NCBI GenBank assembly: GCA_002269645.1
Contig: NIVC01002768.1
Location: 62,001-126,000 of the forward strand
Length of the DNA stretch: 64,000 nucleotides
Reading direction: 5' to 3'
Source: Macrostomum lignano
Taxonomy: Eukaryota
Each line of letters opens with the position of its first letter. Within the stretch, counting starts at the first letter, position 1. Below are positions 1 to 13,030 of this stretch, piece by piece. Below the pieces are notes generated by a model. It was not told the origin of the DNA, ran no database searches, and saw only the letters and a list, made by a program, of their open reading frames with translations. A program made the translations under genes and the position numbers.

Positions 1-344
1 TTTTTGCTTGAACTTCGATCGTAGCTCAAGCAATCAGGTATGCAGTTTGCAATATTCAATACACTTTATTGCATTTTAATTTCCTGCTCTTATTCCACAA
101 AAGTGCATATGCGTGCACTAGTGCGCATCTGCAATTTGAGCCTGCAAAATGCCTGGCGAGGTTTTTGGCACCTGTCCAAACCAAGACAGAGTGCAGAAGA
201 GAATTGGCATTGGTTTTGCGGGCTGACAAGCAATGTGGACCCACATGTAGTCGAGGCTTTGATTTGATGCCCCCTCAAGCGCCCCATAAAGAGCCCTCAA
301 AATGCTCAAACGCTCAGAGGGTGCCCCAAGACGTAAAAAGCGCC

Positions 345-2020
345 CCCAAAGCTTACCAAAGGCATCCCTCAACGCTCCCCCAAAAGCTCCCCCTCAAGGC
401 TCCCCCAAAAGCTCCCCCTCAAAGCTCCCCTCAAAGCTCCCCCTCAAAACTCCCCCAAAAGCTCCCTCAAAGCTTCCCCTCAAAGCTCCCCCTCAAAGCT
501 CCCCTCAAAGCTCCCCTCAAAGCTCCCCCTCAAAGCTCCCCTCAAAGCTCCCCCTCAAAGCTCCCCCAAAAGCTCCCCCTCAAAGCTCCCCTCAAAGCTC
601 CCCTCAAAGCTCCTCCTCAAAGCTCCCATCAAAGCTTCCCCTCAAAGCTCCTCCTCAAAGCTCCCCTCAAAGCTCCCCCAAAAGCTCCCCCTCAAAGCTC
701 CCCCTCAAGGCTCCCCCAAAAGCTCCCCCTCAAAGCTCCCCCTCAAGGCTCCCCCAAAAGCTCCCCCCTCAAAGCTCCCCTCGAAGCTCCCCTCAAAGCT
801 CCCCCTCAAAGCTCCCCTCAAAGCTCCCCCTCAAAACTCCCCCAAAAGCTCCCTCAAAGCTTCCCCTCAAAGCTCCCCCAAAAGCTCCCCCTCAAAGCTC
901 CCCTCAAAGCTCCCCTCAAAGCTCCTCCTCAAAGCTCCCATCAAAGCTTCCCCTCAAAGCTCCCCCTCGAAGCTCCCCTCAAAGCTCCCCCAAAAGCTCC
1001 CCCAAAAGCTTGCCCTCAAAGCTCCCCTCAAAGCTCCCCCAAAAGCTCCCCCTCAAAGCTCCCCCTCAAAGCTCGCCTCAAAGCTCCCCCTCAAGGCTCC
1101 CCCAAAAGCTCCCCCTCAAAGCTCCCCTTAAAGCTCCCCTCAAAGCTCCTCCTCAAAGCTCCCATCAAAGCTTCCCCTCAAAGCTCCCCCTCGAAGCTCC
1201 CCTCAAAGCTCCCCCTCGAAGCTTCCCTCAAAGCTCCCCCAAAAGCTCCCCCAAAAGCTCGCCCTCAAAGCTCCCCTCAAAGCTCCCCCAAAAGCTCCCC
1301 CTCAAAGCTCGCCTCAAAGCTCCCTCTCAAAGCTCCCCCTCAAGGCTCCCCCAAAAGCTCCCCCCTCAAAGCTTCCCCTCAAAGCTCCCCCTCCAAGCTC
1401 CCCCTCAAAGCTCCCCCTCAAAGCTCCCCCTCAAAGCTACCCCAAAAGCTCCCCTCAAAGCTCCCTTCAAAGCTCCCTTCAAAGCTCCCCTCAAAGCTCC
1501 TCCTCAAAGCTCCCCTCAAAGCTCCCCTCAAAGCTCCCCCTCAAAGCTCTCGTCAAAGCTCCCCCTCAAAGCTCCCCTCAAAGCTCCCCCTCAAAGCTCT
1601 CGTCAAAGCTCCCCCTCAAAGCTCCCCCTCAAAGCTCCCCTCAAAGCTCCCCCTCAAAGCTCTCGTCAAAGCTCCCCCTCAAAGCTCCCCTCAAAGCTCC
1701 CCCTCAAAGCTCTCGTCAAAGCTCCCCCTCAAAGCTCCCCCTCAAAGCTACCCCAAAAGCTCCCCCTCAAAGCTACCCCAAAAGCTCCCCCTCAAAGCTC
1801 CCTTCAAAGCTCCCTTCAAAGCTCCCCTCAAAGCTCCTCCTCAAAGCTCCCCTCAAAGCTCCCCTCAAAGCTCCCCCTCAAAGCTCTCGTCAAAGCTCCC
1901 CCTCAAAGCTCCCCCTCAAAGCTACCCCAAAAGCTCCCCCTCAACGCTCCCCCAAAAGCTCGCCCTCAAGGCTACCCCAAAAGCTCCCCCAAAAGCTTCT
2001 CCAAGTGCTCCCAAAGCTTG
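345..2020. repeat. Minisatellite, 12-13 bp unit AAAGCTCCCC(C)TC
   Basis: More than 100 degenerate copies seen directly. The 671 and 577 aa P/K/S-rich ORFs simply translate the array. Confidence 0.95.
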
Positions 2021-2588
2021 CTCAAACGCGCCTAAAATCTCGCAAGACGTTCAAAAAGCGCCCGGCCCAAAGCGCCATTCTTAGCGCCAGTTTGGCACAA
2101 CTTCCCCCCCCCCCCTGAAACCCTATTTCGAGCGAAACATGTGCAAATTTTCAGGACACGTGAAACAGTGAGCTGCCAGCAACAACCCTGTGTTCAGCGA
2201 TGCGTGTGCACTTCCTCTGTATAGCAATGCATACCCCCTCGTATCTGTTGGCTCTATCGCAACGTGCGATCCGGCGGCCTTGCATTCAGCTACAATTAAA
2301 GGTGCGAGCTAAAGTTCTTAATCTGCCAATCAGGTCGAGTGCTGCATGCCAAACAAGCCGGATTGAGGCTTTGCGGGCCAAGGTGGATCAGCCGGTGTCG
2401 CATGCAGTGCAGCGCAAACGAAACGTGGGGGGGCTGACAATAAACAAACGCTCACTAACTCTATAAGCTACAAGCAGATCTTCCAGCTTGAAATTCTCTC
2501 TCTCTCTCTCTCTCTCCCAGTCTGCGGCAGCTTGGGCCCAGTGCCAACAATCTTAGTTTAGCCGTGCTGGCAAACTGCCAGACAGATC

Positions 2589-2844
<256 letters not shown>

Positions 2845-3497
2845 GCTGGCAGTTTCTGCATGCCGTAAATTTATATTATAATTAGTTATTATTATTATTA
2901 TTCCAATGCGACCCTCCAGTTTCACAGGCGAAAATTCTGACAACCTTTTGTGAGTTTTTTCTCTGTTTAATTTATGGCATACTCGTATGCGCAGACCAAT
3001 GCAGTCCCACAGGTCAGCTCAACCGTTAAAAGCCGGTTTGATAGCCCCGGGCTAATGGCTGAATGCCTGGGTCGATCCATACGCGTATACAGGATTTTAA
3101 TCCTGGCCAATTGATTTCATTGTTTTCAATCGTGTGCATTGCTTCCCAAGCTCTATTGGTATAAGCAGTTAGCGATTGCAGCAATAAAAATTAATGGCTA
3201 TGAATATTTTCACACCACGCACACAAGCATGGAACAATAAGCCTCTCTCTATACGACTATAGTAAGACTCCATATCTTGCACTGAGTTCGCGGAATTTGG
3301 CCGGAAATTCACCCTACTTTGTAGTTTCACACGGGTCTATTCACTTCTTATGCGTGGAGTTTTAGTGCTTGCTTGCATTGCTTCACTCCATTCATTGAGG
3401 CCCGACCGAAGAATATTCATTCATCAATATAGTTTGTTTTCTGCTCAGTGCCCAATCAGCATCTTAATCCCTCGTTTACCTGTCCCTTAATCATCAA

Positions 3498-4277
3498 CCA
3501 TTCACTCACCCCTGATGTCCCCTATTCACTCGCCCCTGCCCCTATTCACTCACCCCTGGTGTCCCCTATTCACTCACCCCTGGTGTCCCCTATTCACTCA
3601 CCCCTGGTGTCTTCTATTCACTCACCCCTGCCCTCCTATTCACTCACCCCTGGTGACCCCTATTCACTCACCCCTGCCCTCCTATTCACTCACCCCTGGT
3701 GACCCCTATTCACTCAACCCTGGTGTCCCCTATTCACTCACTCCTGATGTCCCCTATTCACTCACCCCTGCCCCCTATTCACTCACCCCTGGTGTCCCCT
3801 ATTCACTCACCCCTGGTGTCCGCTATTCACTCACCCCTGGTATCCCCTATTCACTCACCCCTGCCCTCCTATTCACTCATCCCTGCCCTCCTATTCACTC
3901 ATCCCTGCCCTCCTATTCACTCATCATTGCCCTCCTATTCACTCATCCCTGCCCTCCTATTCACTCATCCCTGCCCTCCTATTCACTCATCCCTGCCCTC
4001 CTATTCACTCATCCCTGCCCTCCTATTCACTCACCCCTGCCCTCCTATTCACTCATCCCTGCCCTCCTATTCACTCATCCCTGCCCTCCTATTCACTCAT
4101 CATTGCCCTCCTATTCACTCATCCCTGCCCTCCTATTCACTCATCCCTGCCCTCCTATTCACTCATCCCTGCCCTCCTATTCACTCATCCCTGCCCTCCT
4201 ATTCACTCATCCCTGCCCTCCTATTCACTCATCCCTGCCCTCCTATTCACTCATCCCTGCCCTCCTATTCACTCACC
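3498..4277. repeat. Minisatellite, about 21-23 bp unit with core CCTATTCACTCACCCCTG
   Basis: Direct reading; ends about 100 bp before the Gypsy insertion. Confidence 0.95.
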
Positions 4278-4375
4278 ATTGTCGCTGTCTTAAAAAACTT
4301 TTCAACAGACTTCCATTGGTTATAATTTATTTAAAACAAAACACGAGAGAAATCTCCCTTTTTATTTTTCAGTCT

Positions 4376-4554
4376 TGTTGTACTTTTCGTAGTAACGAAG
4401 ACGAATGCAAGATGCCGAATTAGGAAGATAGATGCATGCAATTAGTAGATGCATGCAGCGCGTATATTTTAGCCGCGAAGTAGCTGGCTGCTATACTTAA
4501 AATATGAATAAGGCTTCACCCATAAACCATAGAACTTAAAGTTCATACACAACA
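4376..4554 (-). repeat. 3' LTR (179 bp)
   Basis: Near-identical to 8481-8647 apart from a 12-bp length difference around a duplicated GATGCATGCA. Confidence 0.95.
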
Positions 4555-4626
4555 CCCCCACATTTTAGCAATTAACCTGGAGAGAAATAAATGACTGTTT
4601 TCTATTTTGTCTAACGATCAAATAAA

Positions 4627-7600
4627 TCAGGAATAGGTCAGCCGATCAGGGGCTTTTCGGAGCCTCTGACTTCGACGAGAAACTTGGTACTCGGGACTTT
4701 GATCGCTGGTTGTCTCCACTTCAGCAGGAGTCGTAGTTTCCATTTCCTTATCATTGCTGCTGCCAACATTGGCAGGTCCAGGCGAGGTAATCTCTTGTGA
4801 GTTCTCTGTAGTCCTTGGCGTTGCATCAGATGCATGGACAACCCGTCCTTTGCTGTCCAAGTAGGTATTTGATCCATGAAGTCCTTGGATTTCTTCTGGG
4901 ACCTTGTCTGACTTTCCTTCTACGTTGATGTAGACAGGAATTGGGGTAGTTAGCGGTTTGTCCCATTCTGTAAAGGTTGCAGTGAGGCGCGTTCTTGGGC
5001 GTTGCATAAACAGTTGTGCAGCAGGAATCGCTCCTTCGGAATTCGGTGTAGTGTTCTTCGAAAGGCAGAATGATATCAACACCTTCTCACATTCGGAACC
5101 TATGTCATTACTGTTCTGCTTCAGAGTCACTTTCAACTCTTGGATAGCTCTTTCCACAATCCCATTTGACTGGTGATGAACAGGTGGTGTTAAGACATGG
5201 TTAATTAGATTCTTCTTGAGAAATTCTGCGAACTCTTTTGATCGAAAATTGGTTCCATTGTCAGTCACAATTCACGTTGGAAGTCCCATGTACTTAAATG
5301 TTCGTCTGCATGCTGGAATAAGAGAGTTGGCTGTGATATTTGACAGCTGATGTACATCAATCCACCGAGAGAAGGAGTCGATGAGAACCAAGAAGTGTTT
5401 CTCCTTGAAATATGCTATGTCCAGATGAACACGTTCGAAGAAGAACTTTGCATCTTCCCATGAATGCAGATTTGCATTTGTTCGCTTTCTCGAATTTAGT
5501 TGGCAGGAAGGACACCTTTGAACGAAGCTATTGATCTGGGCGTCAATGTAAGGCCACCAGAAGTACTCTCGAGCTAGTCTGATCATGCGCACAATGCCCG
5601 GATGATTCTCGTGAAGAATTTGAAGAATTTCTCTGCGCATGGACTTTGGAGGCACGATTCGGATCCCTTTGAACAGAATCCCGTTTTGAATGGAGTATTC
5701 CGCCTTGGATTTGGTGTACGGAAGCAGCTGTTTAGAAATGTAGCTTGGCCAACCTTGAGTAACAAACTTCTTGATAATATCAATTTCAGGGTCTCTGGTG
5801 TTGGCGACACGCCGAAGTATTGTCCCAGAAGAAGAAAATTCTACGAGAGAGTTTACCTCTAGCAGATTGACATCAAAATTTGAAAACGAAGTAGAAGCGT
5901 TTGTTGAAGGAATTCTGGACAGAGTATCTGCTGCGAGCATGGTGTCTCCTTTTGAGTAAGTGACAGTGTAGTCATAGGATCCGAGCAGCAATGCCCATCT
6001 CTGGAGTCTCGCAGAAACTCGGTCAGGAACTTTCGTTGTAGAGAAGATGTACTGCAAAGGTCTGTGATCAGAGATGATTGTAAAATGACGGCCTGCCAGA
6101 AATTGATGAAAATATTTTACACCCTCGATAATTGCAAGAGCCTCCCGCTCAATGTTGGCGTAGTTGGCCTCAGCCTTGGTCAAAACTCTGCTTCCCAGCC
6201 ATACAACTTCTTTTTGGTTCGTGTCGTGGGACAGCACAAATCCGACTCCACTCTGAGAAGCGTCACAGGTTAGAAACAACGGCCTTTTTATATCATAAGA
6301 AACTATTCGACCTTCCGTTACAGCAGCTTTCAGTTGGGAGAACGCACTTGAGTGAACGACAGTCCATTTCCACTGAACCCCTTTCTTTAGGAGGTAATAG
6401 AGCGGCTTGGCGATCATAGAGAAGTTCCGACAAAAAATCCCGTAGTGTCTTAAGGTGCATATAGCACTTCTCAATTGATCCCGGTCTTTTGGCTCTGACA
6501 AGTTGGATAGAGCTTCCACTCTTGCAGGATCAGGCAAAAGTTTCCCATCTCGGAGGAGAAATCCCAGAAATGTGACTTCTTTCTTGCACTCCTGAGTCTT
6601 ACGCTCATTGATCTTGAATCCATGCTTTTTCAGTTTTTCCTTGACTTGCACCAGGATCTGTCGATGCTGCTCCACTGTTTCAGTGCCTAGAATGATGTCG
6701 TCCTGATAAGAAGCAGTGCCTGGTATTCCTTTGAGCAAGATATCCATAACTTCCTGAAATATCAGTGGTGCTGCCGATATCCCAAATTGTAACTTGCGGA
6801 AGGCAAAATGTCCTACGTGGGTGGAAATACACGTAAGATCTTGACTTTCTGGCGTTAGGGGAATCTGCAAGAATGCGTCTTCGAGGTCGAGCACTGAATA
6901 CACTTTCGAATTTGGGATCTTTTGAAGGATTTCTTTCAAAGTTGGCAGTCGATATCGATCTCGGTCTATCAGTCTGTTGAGAGTGACTGAATAGTCTCCA
7001 CACAGTCTAATGGGTCTCTTTGATCCTTCTGGTTTCAACACAGGAACAATAGGGCACGATACCTTAGGCGAGTGAACTGGGTAGATGATACCTGCACTTT
7101 CCAGTCTTTTCAGCTCCAGTTCAACCAAAGTTTTAATTGAGAACGGAAGGGATCTGGCAGGAAAGCACATTCCATCGGTAGAGGCCCCGTCCTTCAGGCG
7201 AAAGCTGGCCTGGAATCTTAAATTTTTATCACACTGCACTGGACGGCACAGAAATTCGTCTACCGTCAATAGGTTGAAGGCACGAATAAAATTTATTCCC
7301 AAAATGGCTTGACTAGATGGGTCCCCGACATATATGTCTCCGCATGCCGTTTTGCCGTTTCTCAGCTCAATCGTGACGTCCTTAGCCATGCCTCGTACGG
7401 AAACTGAAGCTCCCCCGAAAACTTTGAGTGATCGAATGTCCGCGTCAACCATGTGCAATCCGGCTTGCTCTACGATGGTTACTGGCAAAATTGTTACCTG
7501 ACTGCCAGAGTCGACGCACATATGGACTGTGGAATCACCGATCGTGCAGACTATTTTCCAGAGTTCGTCGCATGGAGTAGCCTTGATCACCGAGTACACA

Positions 7601-8418
7601 GCTGAATCAGGTGGATCAGCGTCGGTTGCTTCAACTTCCGCGTACGTGACTTTCTTGCTGCCACCGATGTTGGACCTGCATGCTCTGGCAATGTGCCCGG
7701 TTTTTCCGCACTTGTGACATGTCGCATTACGGAACTTGCAGGTATTTCTAAGATGACCCGGGTTACCACAGGAATGGCAGCTAGACTTAGAATGATTCGG
7801 CGTTGTTGGCATTGGCCTGGATACCGTTGGATACTTTTGGTTGCTGCCGGTCTTCTTGTGAGTGGTTTTCTGCACTGCTGCGACGGTTTTGCTCGAATCA
7901 GTAGCTTGAGATACGGACTCCGATAAGAGACTATCCTTAACCGCAGTCTCTAGATCCAGTTTTTCCTTCACTAGTAATTTTTGCTTCAGAGAATTATCAG
8001 CCAGTCCGAAAATATACTGAGAAAGAATTAACTCTTCTCGCAGGTTGCCGAATTCGCATTTGTTGGCCTGTGTCTTCAGTCTCTCCAAAAACTTTGTCAC
8101 CGACTCACCCTGTATTTGGATCATGGTATGTAGCAGATGTCTGTCGTAGTGAAGAAGGCGCTTGGGTTTCAAGTGGCTCAGTACCGCTTCTTTGATGAAA
8201 TCGAACGTACACTTTGTATCGTTTAAAATGTCTTCTGGCTGCACAAGTGTCTCAATCAGTGAAAATGCGGCATCTCCACATGTAGCAAGTAGAACGGCTT
8301 TGCTCTGGTCATTCTTTTCCGTTGCGCAAATGTAAAAACCGAGGCGCTTGAAATACTGTTCGACATCGGGGTAGCACAGCGGCATCTCCCCCAGTCGGAA
8401 GTCGAGTCCGGAAGACAT
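4627..8418 (-). pseudogene. Gag-Pol polyprotein with one in-frame TGA (5272-5274) in the integrase core
   Basis: Two CCHC knuckles (CHSCGNPGHLRNTC, CHKCGKTGHIARAC), protease VDSGS, RT YQDD, RNase H CDAS, integrase HHCC and VHLD...TDNG...E. ORFs 5272-8418 and 4627-5268 are in frame: GLPT*IVTDNG. Confidence 0.93.
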
Positions 8419-8480
8419 CGGGATGAAGATTTGGTGACTGCAGTATCGTCCCGCGGCGAATTAAATTTTCCTCGTCGCCA

Positions 8481-8647
8481 TGTTGTACTTTTCGTAGTAA
8501 CGAAGACGAATGCAAGATGCCGAATTAGGAAGAGATCGTAGATGCATGCAGCGCGTATATTTTAGCCGCGAAGTAGCTGGCTGCTATACTTAAAATATGA
8601 ATAAGGCTTCACCCATAAACCATAGAACTTAAAGTTCATACACAACA
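8481..8647 (-). repeat. 5' LTR (167 bp)
   Basis: TG...CA termini; PBS immediately internal. Confidence 0.95.
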
Positions 8648-9013
8648 AGTCTGCACCACAAACATACAACAGCGAGGCTTATAATACATGTGTAGGTGCA
8701 GCTTTGCAGGGCGCCAAGGCCTTTGACGCGCGCCCCATTGATAGAGTGCTACTACAGCTAATACAGGCTCCCCTCTCACGTGCCTCGGGTGCGCCATGGC
8801 TTGGCATTAGAGAGCACTTTACAGAATTTCGACACCTCGCAGAAATCGACAGTTTCTGCTGCTTTTAAAAGAAAGTGCGACTCGCGCTCAAAGAAATGGA
8901 GCGTTTTTTAGGGCGTGCCATCACCGAGCCTCGAGACATTCGAGACACTAATGGAGCCTCAGATTCTGACGCAACACCGAGACCTGAGCTGGTTAATTTC
9001 CACAGCCAAGATC

Positions 9014-9720
9014 TCCAGAGCTCAGTCCGCTACAAGCAGATTTCCCTGCCTCTCAAGAGCTCAGTCCGCTACAAGCAGATTTCCCTGCCTCTCCACAGCT
9101 CAGTCCGCTACAAGCAGATTTCCCTGCCTCTCCACAGCTCAGTCCGCTACAAGCAGATTTCCCTGCCTCTCCACAGCTCAGTCCGCTACAAGCAGATTTC
9201 CCTGCCTCTCAAGAGCTCAGTCCGCTACAAGCAGATTTCCCTGCCTCTCAAGAGCTCAGTCCGCTACAAGCAGATTTCCCTGCCTCTCCACAGCTCAGTC
9301 CGCTACAAGCAGATTTCCCTGCCTCTCCACAGCTCAGTCCGCTACAAGCAGATTTCCCTGCCTCTCCAGAGCTCAGTCCGCTACAAGCAGATTTCCCTGC
9401 CTCTCCACAGCTCAGTCCGCTACAAGCAGATTTCCCTGCCTCTCCACAGCTCAGTCCGCTACAAGCAGATTTCCCTGCCTCTCCAGAGCTCAGTCCGCTA
9501 CAAGCAGATTTCCCTGCCTCTCCACAGCTCAGTCCGCTACAAGCAGATTTCCCTGCCTCTCCAGAGCTCAGTCCGCTACAAGCAGATTTCCCTGCCTCTC
9601 CACAGCTCAGTCCGCTACAAGCAGATTTCCCTGCCTCTCCAGAGCTCAGTCCGCTACAAGCAGATTTCCCTGCCTCTCCAGAGCTCAGTCCGCTACAAGC
9701 AGATTTCCCTGCCTCTCCAG
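9014..9720. repeat. 39-bp minisatellite, about 18 copies
   Basis: Unit CTCCAGAGCTCAGTCCGCTACAAGCAGATTTCCCTGCCT. Confidence 0.96.
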
Positions 9721-10468
9721 CACACACACCGGCACAAATTCTAATCGATAAAAGTTATTGAGCTTAGGAAAAAATAGCTGACAGCTAGCAAGGTGTATGG
9801 CGGAAATCAATCCCTTTTATACTTTGCGCCTCTTGGCAACCGCAGAGGGGCAGAGACTGCTGTAGTGAGTAGGAAAGGCTCACAACCTTCCTTTCTCTAC
9901 TAGCTATTTCCAGTCCAACGGTTTCTGCAACAACCGCCACCTCCCCCTCCTCAAGAGTTGAGTGACTCAAGACCGCTCGCTTCCTCCTGCAGTGCTAAAA
10001 CCGCCTCCCAGCCGCTACCCAAATGGAGTTCCGCTTTTTTTTCTCTGGGTTTTAAATGTAGTGCGATTTGACAACACAAGAACCGCCGGCCCGAGCAGAG
10101 CCAATTTGATTTATTAATCGCATTAAATAACGCGAGTGAAACGCATTGACAAGACAAGCGATGGGTGCAGTAGAGCCTCAAGAGTACACTATATGTACAG
10201 TCATTATCGCCAAAGAGGATTGAAAATCTGTCCCTTAACAGTTCGAGAGGCCTCGGAGCAGATGGGACAGATCGGGGCAACAAAATATGAAATCGCTCAA
10301 GAAATTTTTGTCAATAAAAACAGGCTAACACCGCGAGTTGCTTTTTTACAAAATCAAATAGGAATCAGGGATGGGGGCAGAGCAGTCTTAAATACATCAG
10401 TGTGGAACTGAAGGGGTGCGCATTTATAACTTTATGACTTGGAGATTGCTGCTGAACTATGCGGAGGG

Positions 10469-11439
10469 CAGTCAGTCAGTCAGTCAGTCAGTCAGTCAGT
10501 CAGTCAGTCAGTCAGTCAGTCAGTCAGTCAGTCAGTCAGTCAGTCAGTCAGTCAGTCAGTCAGTCAGTCAGTCAGTCAGTCAGTCAGTCAGTCAGTCAGT
10601 CACTCAGTCAGTCACTCAGTCAGTCAGTCAGTCAGTCAGTCAGTCAGTCAGTCAGTCAGTCAGTCAGTCAGTCAGTCAGTCACTCAGTCAGTCAGTCACT
10701 CAGTCAGTCACTCAGTCAGTCAGTCAGTCAGTCAGTCAGTCAGTCAGTCAGTCAGTCAGTCAGTCAGTCAGTCAGTCAGTCAGTCAGTCAGTCAGTCAGT
10801 CAGTCAGTCAGTCAGTCAGTCAGTCAGTCAGTCAGTCAGTCAGTCAGTCAGTCAGTCAGTCAGTCAGTCAGTCAGTCAGTCAGTCAGTCAGTCAGTCAGT
10901 CAGTCAGTCAGTCAGTCAGTCAGTCAGTCAGTCAGTCAGTCAGTCAGTCAGTCAGTCAGTCAGTCAGTCAGTCAGTCAGTCAGTCAGTCAGTCAGTCAGT
11001 CAGTCAGTCAGTCAGTCAGTCAGTCAGTCAGTCAGTCAGTCAGTCAGTCAGTCAGTCAGTCAGTCAGTCAGTCAGTCAGTCACTCAGTCAGTCAGTCACT
11101 CAGTCAGTCACTCAGTCAGTCAGTCAGTCAGTCAGTCAGTCAGTCAGTCAGTCAGTCAGTCAGTCAGTCAGTCAGTCAGTCAGTCAGTCAGTCAGTCAGT
11201 CAGTCAGTCAGTCAGTCAGTCAGTCAGTCAGTCAGTCAGTCAGTCAGTCAGTCAGTCAGTCAGTCAGTCAGTCAGTCAGTCAGTCAGTCAGTCAGTCAGT
11301 CAGTCAGTCAGTCAGTCAGTCAGTCAGTCAGTCAGTCAGTCAGTCAGTCAGTCAGTCAGTCAGTCAGTCAGTCAGTCAGTCAGTCACTCAGTCAGTCACT
11401 CAGTCAGTCAGTCAGTCAGTCAGGCAGTCAGTCAGGCAG
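10469..11439. repeat. (CAGT)n microsatellite, about 240 units
   Basis: Direct reading; sporadic CACT variants. Confidence 0.97.
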
Positions 11440-11442
11440 TCC

Positions 11443-12170
11443 TCAAAGGTCGCTCTCAATTTCATCAACGTCAAGTTCGACACCCCTGACATCTTCGCAG
11501 CCGCTGTCGCCGTCGTCCTCCTTCTCGGCACCGTCTGCTGAGGAGTCTGAGTCCTCCTCAGGAATGAGCTCATCCTGATAATAATAGTACTGAGCATCAT
11601 GGCGCGCCTGCGGCTGCGGCGACGGGCTGCAGGCGATGTGCGGCAGGCCGACCAGGAAGCTCCGACCGGCGCTTGGCAACGGCGGCTCTGGCGGGGGCGG
11701 CGTCAGCAGCGGCTGCTGCATCGCTGGCCGGTGTCGCCGCCACCGCCGGCGGCTTGGATGCCGACGCCGTTGCTGCTGCTGCTGCGGCTGGGACTGCCGC
11801 TGAAACTGCAGAAGCTGCATCGGAGGCGACAGTCTGGCCAGCTGAGCGGCAAAATTCCACTGGGGCGGGGAGCTGCCAGGAGACGAGCCAGGGAAACTGC
11901 GGGGAGACAGGCTGTCCTGCGGACTGCCGAGCGGCTGCTGCTGCTGCTGTGGCGCTGGTGGCGGCGGCGTGGCAGCGCAGAGGCGGAGGTCGCGGAGGCC
12001 GAACTCGAGCAGCGGGGGGCCGGGAGGCCGCACTGGCACCGGTCGGTGAAGGCCGCCGCGCAGCAGCGTCAGCGAGCGGCACTGCCGCTTTGGCGCCAGC
12101 GGCGGCGGGCTGGGCGGCACGGCGTCGGCAGCGTCGGGTTGACGCGGCTGCTGAGGCTGCGGAGGCTCAG
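11443..12170 (-). CDS. Probable terminal exon of an unidentified Pro/Gln-rich protein with an acidic C-terminus
   Basis: Acceptor-like CAACAATCCAG at 12171-12172, GC-rich 242-codon open frame, stop at 11443. No domain recognised; upstream exon not found. Confidence 0.55.
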
Positions 12171-12425
12171 CTGGATTGTTGAGAGGTTGGGTGATGTTAG
12201 AATTGGCTGCGGTCGAGATGTGCAACCAAATGCACACAGTGTTACATGCATTCAGTGCCAGTAGCCGTTTAAATTGCAATTAAATTATAACAAAACTTGT
12301 ATAGTTGATTGATTTTAAAGCTTTCAAATTTGTTTATTTTGGCCAATTTCAGGATGAGGCCGAAACAAAAGATTTTTCACAAACCTGCCAGAGTCATAAA
12401 GATTCTGAACAAGAATTTGAAGAAA

Positions 12426-12822
12426 TGTAGCCTAGTGGGTTGTAGCCTAGTGGGTTGTAGCCTAGTGGGTTGTAGCCTAGTGGGTTGTAGCCTAGTGGGT
12501 TGTAGCCTAGTGGGTTGTAGCCTAGTGGGTTGTAGCCTAGTGGGTTGTAGCCTAGTGGGTTGTAGCCTAGTGGGTTGTAGCCTAGTGGGTTGTAGCCTAG
12601 TGGGTTGTAGCCTAGTGGGTTGTAGCCTAGTGGGTTGTAGCCTAGTGGGTTGTAGCCTAGTGGGTTGTAGCCTAGTGGGTTGTAGCCTAGTGGGTTGTAG
12701 CCTAGTGGGTTGTAGCCTAGTGGGTTGTAGCCTAGAGGGTTGTAGCCTAGTGGGTTGTAGCCTGGTGGGTTGTGGCCTAGTGGGTTGTGGCCTAGTGGGT
12801 TGTGGCCTAGTGGGTTGTAGCC
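12426..12822. repeat. 15-bp minisatellite TGTAGCCTAGTGGGT, about 26 copies
   Basis: Direct reading; the unit resembles a Pol III A-box and grades into the SINE head. Confidence 0.95.
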
Positions 12823-13030
12823 TCGTGGCTAGTGCGTCGGACATCGGAGAAAGGTCGGGGGCTCGATTCTCGACCTACTTGGAACAATTTGTGTCCTTGA
12901 GCAAGACACTCAACTTTGCATTGCTTCAGTTCACCCAGCTGTAAAATGGGTGCCAGCATTAGCTGGGGTAATTGAGGGTGTGTGTGGCGACCCCCCAGTC
13001 CTTGGACTGAACAGCCGTACGCTGCTTTCA
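12815..13030 (+). mobile_element. tRNA-derived SINE with CORE-like domain
   Basis: A-box-like TAGCCTCGTGG, B-box-like GGCTCGATTC, then GTGTCCTTGAGCAAGACACTCAAC...CTGTAAAATGGG, which resembles the MIR/CORE consensus (recalled, not searched). Confidence 0.65.

Larger units (their letters stand above)
4376..8647 (-). mobile_element. Full-length Ty3/Gypsy LTR retrotransposon (Mag/K02A2.6-like, single gag-pol ORF)
   Basis: LTRs at 4376-4554 and 8481-8647 (TGTTG...CAACA). 5-bp TSD AGTCT at 4371-4375 and 8648-8652. PBS TGGCGACGAGGA on minus next to the 5' LTR, complementary to the tRNA-Ser(GCU) 3' end (from memory). Purine-rich TGGGGG before the 3' LTR. Domain order PR-RT-RH-IN. Confidence 0.96.

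Noticed and set aside
69-2084. 671 and 577 aa Pro/Ser/Lys-rich ORFs resembling extensins or mucins
   Set aside because: Mixed 12/13-bp units shift frame constantly and are open in several frames; non-coding minisatellite.
5272-5274. Gypsy TGA as programmed readthrough or Sec
   Set aside because: Mid-integrase position, no SECIS seen; a point mutation is simpler.
8875-11578. ORFs of 278-379 aa (SVRYKQ and SQSV repeats)
   Set aside because: Translations of the 39-bp and CAGT arrays.
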